DNA of 61,125 bases from an uncultured Chloroflexia bacterium (GCA_963827295.1 CAWHAI010000017.1:1-61125), one strand, 5' to 3'; positions 27,842-37,064 are shown, counted from the stretch's first letter. Translations and numbers: made by a program. Notes: generated by a model not told the origin, from the letters alone.

Positions 27842-30250
27842 TCAGTGTCCAGTTCGGGCAATGATTTCATCCTGAATCTCTTTCATCAGGTCATTGAAGT
27901 AGGCGGAATAGCCAGCCACTCTCACCATGAGCCCCGGGTGTTTCTCCGGATTCCGCTGGGCGTCAAGGAGCGTTTCCTTATCAACAACATTGACCTGGAG
28001 ATGCATGCCGCCCAGTTCAAAGTATGTTCTGACCAGTGAACTCAGTATATGCGCTCCTTTAGCGCCTGTAAGGTTCTGCGGGTTGAACTTGATATTTACC
28101 GATACGCCGTTGGTTGCCAGTGAATGGTTTATCTTGGCCACAGACTTGAGATAGGCGGTCGGCCCTTTCTTGTCCCATCCATCGCATGGCGAGAGCCCAT
28201 TGGCAAAGGTCTCGAGCGCTCTTCTGCCGCTGGGAAGCGCTCCCACGAAATTGCCGAAGCCTTTATGGGTGGTCATGGTCAGAAAGCCCGGCAGGTATGC
28301 GCCTCCGCGCGAGTTACGATGCCTGGCTACCTCATTACAGAAGATTTCAGCGACTGTTTTCGCGTACTTATCGGGGAGTTCATCGTCATTACCATATTTG
28401 GGTAGCTTCATAATCAGGCCATGCAGGCTTTCATTGCCGGCGAAGTTATCCTTCAGTGCCTGCACAAACTCCAGCAGGGTAACCTTTTTCTCCCCGAAGA
28501 CGAGCTGGTCTATGGCAGCCAGTGAATCGGCGACATCGGCTACCCCCACCCCCTGCACGCCAGTGAAGTTGTATACAGCCCCACCTGCAGTGACGTCCTT
28601 TCCCGAATTCAGACAACCTTCGATAACGGAAGATAGCAACGGGCTGGGATACAACTGCTCGTGGGCAATGGTCAGTGCGTTGAGCCCGATTACCATTTGC
28701 TCGACAAGGTAAGCCACCTGCTTTCGGAAGGCATTGATGATATCTTTCATTCCCTTGAAGCTTTTAGGGTCTCCGGTGTGGATTCCAACCTGGTCCTGGA
28801 AGACCGTGCAGTATCCATCGTTGAGAGCCATCTCCAGGCAAATGGGCAGGTTCATCAGAGCGGCGTCAGTAGAACCGAAGGTCTTGCGGGGAATCGATAT
28901 CTCGACGCAGCCGATTACCGTGTAGTCGCGAGCGTCCTTCTCTTTAATCCCTTTCTCGATGAGGGCCGGGATGATTACTTCATCGTTCACCACTGCCGGC
29001 ATCCCGCCGCCACCTCTGATGAGTTCGGCAACCCTATTCACATACTCAGGAGGCGAGTTCTGGTGAATTCTGGCGTGGAGGTTAGGATGTCTGGTCTTTA
29101 TCAGTTCTCTGGTGTCCAGGATGCGAAGGCTTAACGGGTTAGTAGCATCCAGACCATCGCCTGTCAATCCGCCGATGGTAATCGATGGGTTGGCGGGGAA
29201 ACCGGCGAAGAAGAGGGCGATACTGTCACAGAAGAGGGGGACAAACTCGGAGGTCTTGATGAAAAAGCAGCCCAGCAGCTCTATGGCTCGCTGCTCTGTA
29301 AGAACTCCTCTCTCCGTATCATGCTGGTAGTAGGGATAGAGATACTGGTCCAGTCTGCCGAAGCACAGGGCTTGCTCATAGTTCTCCTGATGGAGAGCAA
29401 TCTCCATGAACCACAGGCTCTGAAGCGCTTCGCGAAAGGATTGGGCTGGCCCGGCCGGGACCTTTTCACAGATTCGCGCGATCTCTTCTAATTCAGATTT
29501 TCTCACGGGGTCTTTTTCGGTGCCAGCCAGTCTAAGTGCTTCCTGGCTGTATCTCTGGGCAAATTCAATTACAGCCTCACAGACTATTTCCACAGCTTTG
29601 TAGAAGGCACGTTTTTTCAGCGCTTCGGGGTGTTTCGCCGGAGCGCTGTCGATAGTCGTGATTTTCTCTCTTGCCTCCTCAATCAATCCTCTCAAGCCTA
29701 CCTTCAACAACTTCTCGTAGTCCGGCGCTGTATGGGAGATGCCGCCGGCTTCAGTCAAAAGGAAAACACCGAACCTCCCCAGGAGGGATATCGGCGTAGG
29801 CGGAGAGGTGAAGTCCTCCGCGTAGTCGGTCACGACCTTGTCCTGCCAGTAGGGAAAAATCACCTTGTCCAGTTCGTTTTTCTCCGCATCGCTGATCTTG
29901 AGAGAATTCTCTCCCTTTTCCGTAAGCGTGTTGAGCTCGGGCCAGATCAGCAGGCTGATGAATTCAGGATAGACTATGGCCCCTACCCGTTTACTGGTGA
30001 TGCCTCCGACTATCAATTCATCCGGGTATATCTTCACATCCAAATTCTTCAGGACATGAGCTACAGCCTTCGCTCGCCTGATGACCGGCGGCTCAAACCA
30101 GGCCCCTTCGCTTTTCATGTACTCGGTGATATAGTGTGCCCGCTGGACACAAATCTCTTTCTGGGCACTCATGAGGTTGTTGTAGAGCCGTGAAATCCTG
30201 GGGAAAGAGTCTAGCTTTAGCTCAAGAGTTGGTGCGTCCTGCCTGACCAT
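27842..30250 (-). CDS. glycyl radical enzyme (PFL2 / 1,2-eliminase type)
   Basis: C-terminal glycyl-radical motif MVRVAGYSAYF and active-site VIGCVEIS (Cys-x-Glu). About 802 aa. GGAGGAGG SD before the ATG at 30250. Confidence 0.9.
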   Translation of the reverse strand: MVRQDAPTLELKLDSFPRISRLYNNLMSAQKEICVQRAHYITEYMKSEGAWFEPPVIRRAKAVAHVLKNLDVKIYPDELIVGGITSKRVGAIVYPEFISLLIWPELNTLTEKGENSLKISDAEKNELDKVIFPYWQDKVVTDYAEDFTSPPTPISLLGRFGVFLLTEAGGISHTAPDYEKLLKVGLRGLIEEAREKITTIDSAPAKHPEALKKRAFYKAVEIVCEAVIEFAQRYSQEALRLAGTEKDPVRKSELEEIARICEKVPAGPAQSFREALQSLWFMEIALHQENYEQALCFGRLDQYLYPYYQHDTERGVLTEQRAIELLGCFFIKTSEFVPLFCDSIALFFAGFPANPSITIGGLTGDGLDATNPLSLRILDTRELIKTRHPNLHARIHQNSPPEYVNRVAELIRGGGGMPAVVNDEVIIPALIEKGIKEKDARDYTVIGCVEISIPRKTFGSTDAALMNLPICLEMALNDGYCTVFQDQVGIHTGDPKSFKGMKDIINAFRKQVAYLVEQMVIGLNALTIAHEQLYPSPLLSSVIEGCLNSGKDVTAGGAVYNFTGVQGVGVADVADSLAAIDQLVFGEKKVTLLEFVQALKDNFAGNESLHGLIMKLPKYGNDDELPDKYAKTVAEIFCNEVARHRNSRGGAYLPGFLTMTTHKGFGNFVGALPSGRRALETFANGLSPCDGWDKKGPTAYLKSVAKINHSLATNGVSVNIKFNPQNLTGAKGAHILSSLVRTYFELGGMHLQVNVVDKETLLDAQRNPEKHPGLMVRVAGYSAYFNDLMKEIQDEIIARTGH

Positions 30251-30418
30251 GTCAACCTCCTCCACCTTTGCCTTGTTAAAAGGTTATTGCGGTTATTAGT
30301 GCAGATTTGAACGTGTTACTTCGGTTATCATCCAGGACTTCGGATCCACTGCTGGCAGCAATCCTAATAAAGCTAATTTATCATTATTGACTGATATTGT
30401 CCAGTGAGCTCGCGAAAG

Positions 30419-30438
30419 GGTAGTGGGTCAATTTGAAA
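30419..30438 (+). repeat. left direct repeat bounding the SIR2 cassette
   Basis: ggtagtgggtcaatttgaaa versus 32404-32423 ggtagtgggtcaatctggaa (18/20 identical). Confidence 0.65.
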
Positions 30439-30504
30439 AGGAGAAAAAATGAGTAGATGGCTGCGTTTCTGAACAGAACCGAGTTGCGTTTAAGGGATAA
30501 TTAT

Positions 30505-30545
30505 CGGACAAAACAAGAGAGGCCTGCCGAATGCTAGGCCTCTCT
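30505..30545 (-). terminator. intrinsic terminator of the SIR2-like gene
   Basis: 9-bp stem gagaggcct/aggcctctc with a 10-nt loop, followed on the minus strand by TTGTTTTGT. Confidence 0.6.
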
Positions 30546-30688
30546 CCACTTCTGGATATCTAGAGTATGTACCTACCGATGCGGCCCCCCCATAATTTTC
30601 ACCTCCTACATCCACTTAATTCTCTTTTTACCATATTCATATCCATTTGTCAATGGTCACATGACTAAGGTACTGCGGGATGTAATCG

Positions 30689-32326
30689 TTAATCGTTATC
30701 ATCTTCAGCAGGCGGTCTCCACTTGTCAAGTAGTGTCTGTAAATCAGGGTCATCCCAATAATCCTCAAACACTACAAACATCTCAACCTGACCGGGTGTC
30801 AGAAGCTTGCTCTCCAGCGCATCGCGTAGTGCTGTTAACATGACTTTCTTCTGCTTGCGCAGAGCCGCGATTCCAGCGCGAATATCATCTTCACATTTCC
30901 CAGCTTCTATATTACGAAGTTCCTTGCCCAGTTCTTTCTTTTTCCCGAGGCGTTTCAAGGCGATTGCCCGATTTATTCTGACCAATTGATCCGTCGGGTT
31001 TATGACGAGCGCCTCATCTGCCTTTCTTACAACGCCATCATTATCATCGGCATGGAGAAGATAGTAAGTAATATTCGCAGCATCGTCAGCATCGAACCAA
31101 TTCTGATCGACCAAAGACTTGAGTTCAGTCTTTCGGCCTAGCTTGGCAAGTACTTCAACTATTTCGTACTTAACTGAGCTGTCATTCGGATCGTCTTGAT
31201 GTGCCTTCGTTAGATAGGCTAAGGCACCTTCCAAGTCACGCTTATGCCTAGCCACAACCGCTCTAATTGATGGCGGGAAATCATCTTCCGCTATCCTAAA
31301 CACCACATGGTCACCGGGTTCTTCAGGTTCTAATATGCTGCCACTAATACCTTCAAGTACCCGATTAATGTCTCGGGCAATAATGGGGTTGTTCTTAATT
31401 TCAGGGGGTATATCCAAAAAAAGACGAGTTCTGTCACGTGCTGCGCTAATAGGATGTGCAATTACCTTTGGGAGATCTAGCCCTGTCTTGTCATGAATGT
31501 ATGCCATAAATTCATCAAAGCCGTCAATCTCTGCACAATAAACTCTGCTCTTTCGTAAGAAAGCACCTAGTCGTTTGCAGGGCAGTTCTCCCTTGCGTAC
31601 GCACCAATATACGCCGTGGCCGAAAAACTCATCGCTCCTTATTAACACATCGAGGATATCCATCACTGACCGATCCCTGCCACCATATCCTACAATGATT
31701 AGGCCATATTCTTGAGCGAACTGCATGAACTTCTTCCTCATATTGTCTTCTAGTCTTGCCAGTTCGCTAACGGTATTCTTGATGTTGTCGAAAAGAAAAT
31801 CTCCATGAAGTTTGATTATCTTAGGCCTAGCTGGCGCGACGCGAATCCCGGTTACAGCGGAATCATGAGCGCAAACAATTGGTCGGAGACCGTCTGAGTA
31901 TAGGAAGCACGCTTCGTTAAGGAGATCATCAAAGTTCGTTGTAAATACAACATTGAAAATGTTCTCTTTAAGAAGATTAGCTAAGTAGACATATCCCCAA
32001 CTCGGATGAGCGTTCTTCAGACGTTCTTCGATATAGGCGCGTCGCTGGGCTGGCTGGTCGTACAGACTCTCAAATAAGATTGCATATTCATCATCTGAGC
32101 CATACGACTCCTGTTTCTTTATCCAATTTGCGAATGTTTGGCCTGACCCACTACGCCTGTATAGTTCGCTTCGCCACACTTCGATCATCTCGGTCGCCGT
32201 CTTTACCCCAGAAGTGGCCGAGGCTCCTGACCCTAGGAGAAGGGCAAAGTTTGAAATTCCTGCATTCCTTGTCAAGACTAAGTTTGTTAGATGCTCCGTA
32301 GACCTAGATTCGCCACTCGAAGCCAT
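30689..32326 (-). CDS. SIR2-like (SIR2_2) NADase domain protein with C-terminal TPR-like helical repeats
   Basis: 545 aa. LLLGSGASATSG, FTTNFDDLLNEA, KIIKLHGDF and IIVGYGGRDRSVMD motifs. The C-terminal ~200 aa are helical repeats (ALAYLTKAHQDDPND.., AIALKRLGKKKE). AT-rich. Confidence 0.8.
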   Translation of the reverse strand: MASSGESRSTEHLTNLVLTRNAGISNFALLLGSGASATSGVKTATEMIEVWRSELYRRSGSGQTFANWIKKQESYGSDDEYAILFESLYDQPAQRRAYIEERLKNAHPSWGYVYLANLLKENIFNVVFTTNFDDLLNEACFLYSDGLRPIVCAHDSAVTGIRVAPARPKIIKLHGDFLFDNIKNTVSELARLEDNMRKKFMQFAQEYGLIIVGYGGRDRSVMDILDVLIRSDEFFGHGVYWCVRKGELPCKRLGAFLRKSRVYCAEIDGFDEFMAYIHDKTGLDLPKVIAHPISAARDRTRLFLDIPPEIKNNPIIARDINRVLEGISGSILEPEEPGDHVVFRIAEDDFPPSIRAVVARHKRDLEGALAYLTKAHQDDPNDSSVKYEIVEVLAKLGRKTELKSLVDQNWFDADDAANITYYLLHADDNDGVVRKADEALVINPTDQLVRINRAIALKRLGKKKELGKELRNIEAGKCEDDIRAGIAALRKQKKVMLTALRDALESKLLTPGQVEMFVVFEDYWDDPDLQTLLDKWRPPAEDDND

Positions 32327-32403
32327 TGATTCCTCCCCTTGGCAACGTATAGCGGTGCGATATTATCACACGACCATGATTTTGTCTACATCTAAGAATG
32401 GAC

Positions 32404-32423
32404 GGTAGTGGGTCAATCTGGAA
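32404..32423 (+). repeat. right direct repeat bounding the SIR2 cassette
   Basis: ggtagtgggtcaatctggaa. Its reverse complement ttccagattgacccactacc matches 11917-11934. Confidence 0.65.
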
Positions 32424-32515
32424 TGAGCACACGATTTAAGAAAAATGTAACATAAGGGAAGATAAGGTAGCATCGTGCATAATAATGTTATGTGAAGCAA
32501 AGGGACGCCGGACAT

Positions 32516-32639
32516 AAAAAAACCTCAGGTGACCTCCCCAGTCTCTCTAACCTATCCGCCATCTCCGGACCCTTTGGTCTCCTACTCAGGGTCCTCCTGC
32601 GGATTGACCATTCTTACTGGTTTGCCCACCCGAGGCTGT
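32516..32639 (-). ncRNA. unassigned structured small RNA / leader, copy 2
   Basis: The reverse complement is colinear with 11984-12105. It has the closing stem cctcgggtg/cacctgagg plus U7 and a perfect inner stem GGACCC/GGGUCC. About 190 nt upstream of the SIR2 start. Confidence 0.55.
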
Positions 32640-32644
32640 TTATA

Positions 32645-32673
32645 AATATAGCACCTTTTCTGCATTTTGTCAA
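32645..32673 (-). promoter_or_regulatory. sigma70-like promoter of structured RNA copy 2
   Basis: Minus strand: TTGACA (32668-32673), 17-nt spacer, TATATT (32645-32650). Confidence 0.55.
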
Positions 32674-32719
32674 GTTGAACTTGCCATTTTGTTAATTGAA
32701 GTTTCTATTCTTTCCCAAA

Positions 32720-32740
32720 ATGATACACTACCCGCGAAAG
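32720..32740 (-). repeat. degenerate inverted copy of the border motif
   Basis: The reverse complement gctttcgcgggtagtgtatca resembles 30409-30430 gctcgcgaaagggtagtgggtca. Confidence 0.4.
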
Positions 32741-32780
32741 CACAATGGGAGTTAACAAGAAAGTCCTGTGAAGTGTCAAG

Positions 32781-32813
32781 GGGTGGGCAGGGGTGTCGAA
32801 TCGAAGCCCCTAC
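32781..32813. repeat. REP-like hairpin (family B) abutting the M20 stop
   Basis: ggtgggcaggggtgtcgaatcgaagcccctacc. Confidence 0.5.
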
Positions 32814-34099
32814 CTATGCGTGATAGCGTTGCAGGGCTTTGTAAATGGCGTTAGCCCCGAAGGCCAGTGCCTCTATGGGGATGCGTTCGTCGGCGGCGTG
32901 CGTATGCTTCAGCAGGTCTAAATCGGGCGGCAGATTCATGGGCGTGAAGCCATAGGTCTGAATGCCCAGCATGGAGAAGAAGCGCCCATCTGTAACTCCG
33001 GGCATGAACATAGGAACGGGCATAGCGCCCGGGTCTGCCTCACGTAGAATGCCTGCCAGGGTGTCGAAAAATCCCATGTCCGGCTCAGCGGGGCCAGGGT
33101 CATGCCGTGCTAATTCGAACTTTACCTCATTACCAACTATACGACGCAGCTCAGCTATCATGTTGTCTGGGCTGTAGCCGGGGAGGAGGCGCCCGTCCAA
33201 TTCCAGCGCGATTTCGCTGGGGATAACGTTGATTTTGTCCCCGCCGCGGACGATGGTTGCGTTTACCGTGTTATGAAACAACGGCCCCAGGCCTTGCCCT
33301 CTGGTACCAAGGAGTCTCAGTATCAAGTCAGTCAGCCTGGGATTGAGAAGTTGACGCAGGATCAGGTTCTGGGGAAATGAGAGTGCAGAGGCCATGCCCT
33401 CAATCATCTGGCGTGCTGCCGGGGTGATATGCACGGGCAAATGCCGCCGGTCCAATTGCTGTAGCACTCGGGCCAGTTTCGCCATAGCGCCGCCGCGCAG
33501 GGGGAACGCCCCATGGCCGCCGGGCCCGCGCACATGCGCTTGCATCCAGCAAATCTGCTTTTCAGCGACCATGATGAGGTAGAGCTTTTTGCGGCCGAAG
33601 TAGAACCTGGAGCCACCGAACTCTCCGAGGGCATAGCGAATGCCTTTGAACAGCTCGGGGTGGTTCTCTACCAGGTACCTGGCACCGTAATCGCCGGCTC
33701 CCTCCTCGTCCGACAAGATGGCCAGACACAACGTCGCCGGCATGGAGTCAAGCCTTCGGCCTTTGCCCTGAGGAAAGCAGCCAGCATCATGGCGACGCCG
33801 CCCTTCATATCCAGAGCGCCCCGGCCCCAGATGTAGCCATCCACGATTACCCCTTCGAATGGCGGATGTGTCCAGGCCTGTCCAAGGGTTGTGACCACAT
33901 CAACATGTCCATAGAGCAAGAGAGGCGGTGCAATGCCCTGCCCTTTCAGTCGTGCGATAAGGTTGGGGCGGTTGGGGACTTTCGCCAGGAGGGTGGTCTC
34001 AAAGCCCGCCTCAGTCAGCAGGCTGTTGACATAAGCTACACACTCAGCTTCGTTGCCGGGCGGATTGGTGGTGTCGAAGCGGATGAGGTTTTGCAGCAA
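32814..34099 (-). CDS. M20-family metallopeptidase (ArgE/DapE/CPG2-like) (1 frame break near 33745)
   Basis: LIRFDTTNPPGNE, LLLYGHVDVV, WGRGALDMKGG and ..SDEEGAG... The true start may lie upstream (up to about 34155). Confidence 0.8.
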
Positions 34100-34270
34100 T
34101 TCGATGGGACGTTCGTAGATGGGTTGGTGTCCGCAGGTGTAGGCATAGTGCTCTCCTGATTATGTTGTCAGGGAAGCTTATACTACCTGAGTGGTTGTAT
34201 GTCAAGAAAGGAGACGGAGCGGGTAAGGGTGAAGGAACAAGGTGCAAGATGTGAAACAAGAATGGGGGTG

Positions 34271-34447
34271 CTAATCCCTCTTGTCACCCTTTAGCATGAA
34301 ATTGGCCGGGAAGGTAACGCCGCCTTGGGCACGGCTGATGGTTACTACCTTATCCTCAAGGGGCTGACGCAAGACCTCAAGGTCGGTTTGCCTGAACTCG
34401 GGAAGCTCATCCAGAAAAAGAACGCCTCTATGGCTGAGACTTAGACA
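34271..34447 (-). pseudogene. ComM/YifB (Mg-chelatase-like AAA+) gene fragment
   Basis: The minus strand reads [50 protein letters not shown], a Walker B/sensor segment only, with no N- or C-terminal parts. Confidence 0.6.
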
Positions 34448-34477
34448 ATATATGGCTGGAAGAGATTCTCTAATTGG

Positions 34478-35284
34478 TCAGTATTTGTAGATTACTTTAC
34501 CCCCAGTTATGGTCACACCCATGCCGTGAAAGAATCCACCCAGCATCTCTATAGGCGACAAGGCGGCTATCTCATCTAAGGCTGAATCGAAGAATTTCAG
34601 ATCTGCATCCCCAGCCCAAACGTCGTCCACTCTGATGTCTGAGATCTGGCTAATTGCGAGCTCGTGCACTGCTGGCTTGGAGGGGTCTTCGATATTGGGG
34701 AAATGACGCATCAAGTAAGAGCGAACCGGTGGCAAGTCAGAGGCAACAGCCTGATGAGTGAAAACCAGGGAGCCTTCTACTATTCTTTCGCCGTGCGCCT
34801 CACAGATGCCCTTCATCTTAGCCCCGACACGTTTGCCACCTGTCTTGGGGTTCAAATCGCTAAGTTTCGTCAGATAGATGCGACCCAGCTTCTTGGGGAA
34901 TCCTTGCACAAAGCCGCGCATCAGAGCGAAATCGTTATCCACCCAAATGTGAGGTACTATGTAGCCTGGTTCTCCTCGGAAACTGCACTGAATCATTACC
35001 ACGCACTCCCGGTAAACTGCCCGCTCCGGATTGATAAAGGCCAGATCGGGATTTGATTCGCTTACCGAAACCCATTCTACAAACCACACGATTCCCTTTC
35101 CGGGCTCTGGGCCTATTTCTAGCGGCGGTGGGATTAACTTCTTGACACGCTTCTCATCGGTGCGAAAGACTAACTGCATAAGCTCACCACCGTAGTGCCA
35201 GGGAGGTGGTTCAACTATAGATGATTGACCTTTGGGTGTTAAAGGGAGGGTGTATCCTTTTAATTGAAAGCGCTGCAATGCCAT
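34478..35284 (-). CDS. acetoacetate decarboxylase (ADC) family protein
   Basis: ..PPPWHYGGELMQLVFRTDEKRVKKLIPPPLE.. is typical of the ADC family. GAAGGAG SD before the ATG at 35284. Confidence 0.65.
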   Translation of the reverse strand: MALQRFQLKGYTLPLTPKGQSSIVEPPPWHYGGELMQLVFRTDEKRVKKLIPPPLEIGPEPGKGIVWFVEWVSVSESNPDLAFINPERAVYRECVVMIQCSFRGEPGYIVPHIWVDNDFALMRGFVQGFPKKLGRIYLTKLSDLNPKTGGKRVGAKMKGICEAHGERIVEGSLVFTHQAVASDLPPVRSYLMRHFPNIEDPSKPAVHELAISQISDIRVDDVWAGDADLKFFDSALDEIAALSPIEMLGGFFHGMGVTITGGKVIYKY

Positions 35285-35417
35285 GGAATTCTCCTTCAGA
35301 AATTGTTTCGCATTCCGTATTGAACGGCACACTCTATTTACACAGTGTGGGCTGTGAAACGTACTATGTCTGACCGATTATGTTGCTGCTGACAACTTGG
35401 TGGCACGGGGGGCTTTA

Positions 35418-35681
35418 TCAACTGATTGCCTTTAAAAGGTCTTCCCCAGTCATTGCTGGTGCCCAATCGCATTCAACAATGTCCATGAACGGAAGATGTA
35501 TCTGAAGTATCGCCTTTTCATTCGGGGCCTCTATTATACTCACTGTTTGACATCTTCCGAGTAGCTGGTAGTTCGTCGATTTCACCCCCTTGGGCAGGGG
35601 TTTAGCGGCTTGTTCAGCAGCTCGCTTTGCAACCTCCGGTGTTTTGTCCACCGCCCATTTCATCGTCACTACGAAAAGCAT
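35418..35681 (-). CDS. small alpha/beta protein, hypothetical (DUF3303-like?)
   Basis: 87 aa starting MLFVVTMKW.. with an AAGGGGGAAGG SD. First of five small minus-strand genes. Confidence 0.45.
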   Translation of the reverse strand: MLFVVTMKWAVDKTPEVAKRAAEQAAKPLPKGVKSTNYQLLGRCQTVSIIEAPNEKAILQIHLPFMDIVECDWAPAMTGEDLLKAIS

Positions 35682-35814
35682 ACCTTCCCCCTTTTCTTCT
35701 GATTAGGCGTCCAACCGGGGCGCCTAAAGGAAACCACTCGGGCATTCTGTACCGACGGTGTAAATACGCCAACCCCGTGCCACCGCTGTTAGTATAGGAA
35801 GTAGTTGCGTGGGG

Positions 35815-36107
35815 TTATCCTTTAACACTGACCTCATAGTGTTCCATGGTAGGTGCCCCAGCAAGGAGTGGCGCCACCTTGGCAACCTGCTCTCGGTAGA
35901 ATCCGCTGCTCTCACCCGCCGTCATGTCAGCTTCCGTATTCCACAGGCCAATAACAATGCCCTTTTTGTGTTGCGGTTCGTTAGGAAGGACAGACCTTTG
36001 AAGCCCTTCTGCTTCTTGAGGGCCGGCAGGACAGAATCCCGCATGACCTTGGTTACCTCGTCGACCTTGCCTGGCTGAGCTGTGGCAAATGTCACTCTCG
36101 CGTACAT
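35815..36107 (-). CDS. ABM (antibiotic-biosynthesis-monooxygenase / Dabb-like) small protein (1 frame break near 35990)
   Basis: MYARVTFATAQPGKVDEVTKVMRDSVLPALKKQKGFKGLSFL, then ..GIVIGLWNTEADM..MEHYEVSVKG in the adjacent frame. Confidence 0.55.
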
Positions 36108-36239
36108 CTTTCCCCTCCTTCATGTTTGATTCATAATCTAGGCGGCAATTTCACGCATTAACTACTGTGCCGACTGCAAAAACACTGGTCGTCGGTATCA
36201 AGGCGTATTCCAGGTCTTAAGAATAAGGAACGTTGCGCC

Positions 36240-36557
36240 CTATTTTCTGACCCCCTGTTGGCGGTATTTCGTGATTATCTTCAACGCAGGGCCCCATTCA
36301 ATGAGAGGACGAATTTTATAATCTGTGTAGGGCCACATAGGATTCTCAATGAGATCCCGAGTCACCTCTTCATCAGAACTAACTTCCCAGATCACTACAC
36401 TTCCCTTCAGGTCACCCAGAAAGTAGACTTCCTTGCATTTGCCTGCCTTCCGATTCTTCTCAATTAAGGCAACAGCTCCCTGCATCAACTCCATTCGTTT
36501 CTCCAGGGGAAGTGCATAATAAGCATCCTTGTTTCGTGCCGTTACTAGGAATTTCAT
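36240..36557 (-). CDS. small hypothetical protein (105 aa)
   Basis: MKFLVTARNKDAYYALP... with a CAGGAGG SD. Confidence 0.5.
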   Translation of the reverse strand: MKFLVTARNKDAYYALPLEKRMELMQGAVALIEKNRKAGKCKEVYFLGDLKGSVVIWEVSSDEEVTRDLIENPMWPYTDYKIRPLIEWGPALKIITKYRQQGVRK

Positions 36558-36656
36558 AGTTTACCTCCTGCTTATTGCCAGATCTGTCGGGCCGTTCAAG
36601 TGCGGCCACCCAGCCTCCACACCGCCCGTCGTAGTAGAAGTTCGGTCCGAGCTACC

Positions 36657-36724
36657 ATAGGCACCACCTCCTCTCCAAATAAAAGAGCACAGCCACCGCG
36701 ATATCATTCAATGGCTCTTGTGCC
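36657..36724 (-). terminator. terminator-like hairpin with conserved flanks (module D, copy 1)
   Basis: Minus strand: a bulged stem (GCACA+GCC / GGC+TGTGC), a conserved loop ..GAATGATATCGC.., then TTTTATTTGG. Homologous to 37163-37229. Confidence 0.45.
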
Positions 36725-36761
36725 TTTCTTTTGGCACCCCCTCCCACTGACACCACAGCAC

Positions 36762-37064
36762 CTAGATGCTAAGTAATGGTATGGCCTCCGTTGTTGACAT
36801 CATAACCTCAAAGTTATACCTGAATCCCTCAACGTCATAGAACGGCACGTAGCGCTTCGCAATCTCTTTGACACCTTCCTTAAACTTGGCATCGTCTATG
36901 TCGTAAATCACAAGGACCTTGATGCCAAGCTCTCCTGCTGGCGCTGTGAGTATGTGCCCAGGCTTGATAAAGGATGGTAGTGGCTTTTCCGCACCCTTAA
37001 GGAATTTCTTCGTGATCTGAGCCGCCTTGTCAGGCGGATATGTCGCTGTTGCTACAATAAACAT
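36762..37064 (-). CDS. small hypothetical protein (100 aa)
   Basis: MFIVATATYPPDKAAQITKKF.. with a GAGAGGAGAAAAAG SD (the ORF is open to 37100). Confidence 0.5.
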   Translation of the reverse strand: MFIVATATYPPDKAAQITKKFLKGAEKPLPSFIKPGHILTAPAGELGIKVLVIYDIDDAKFKEGVKEIAKRYVPFYDVEGFRYNFEVMMSTTEAIPLLSI

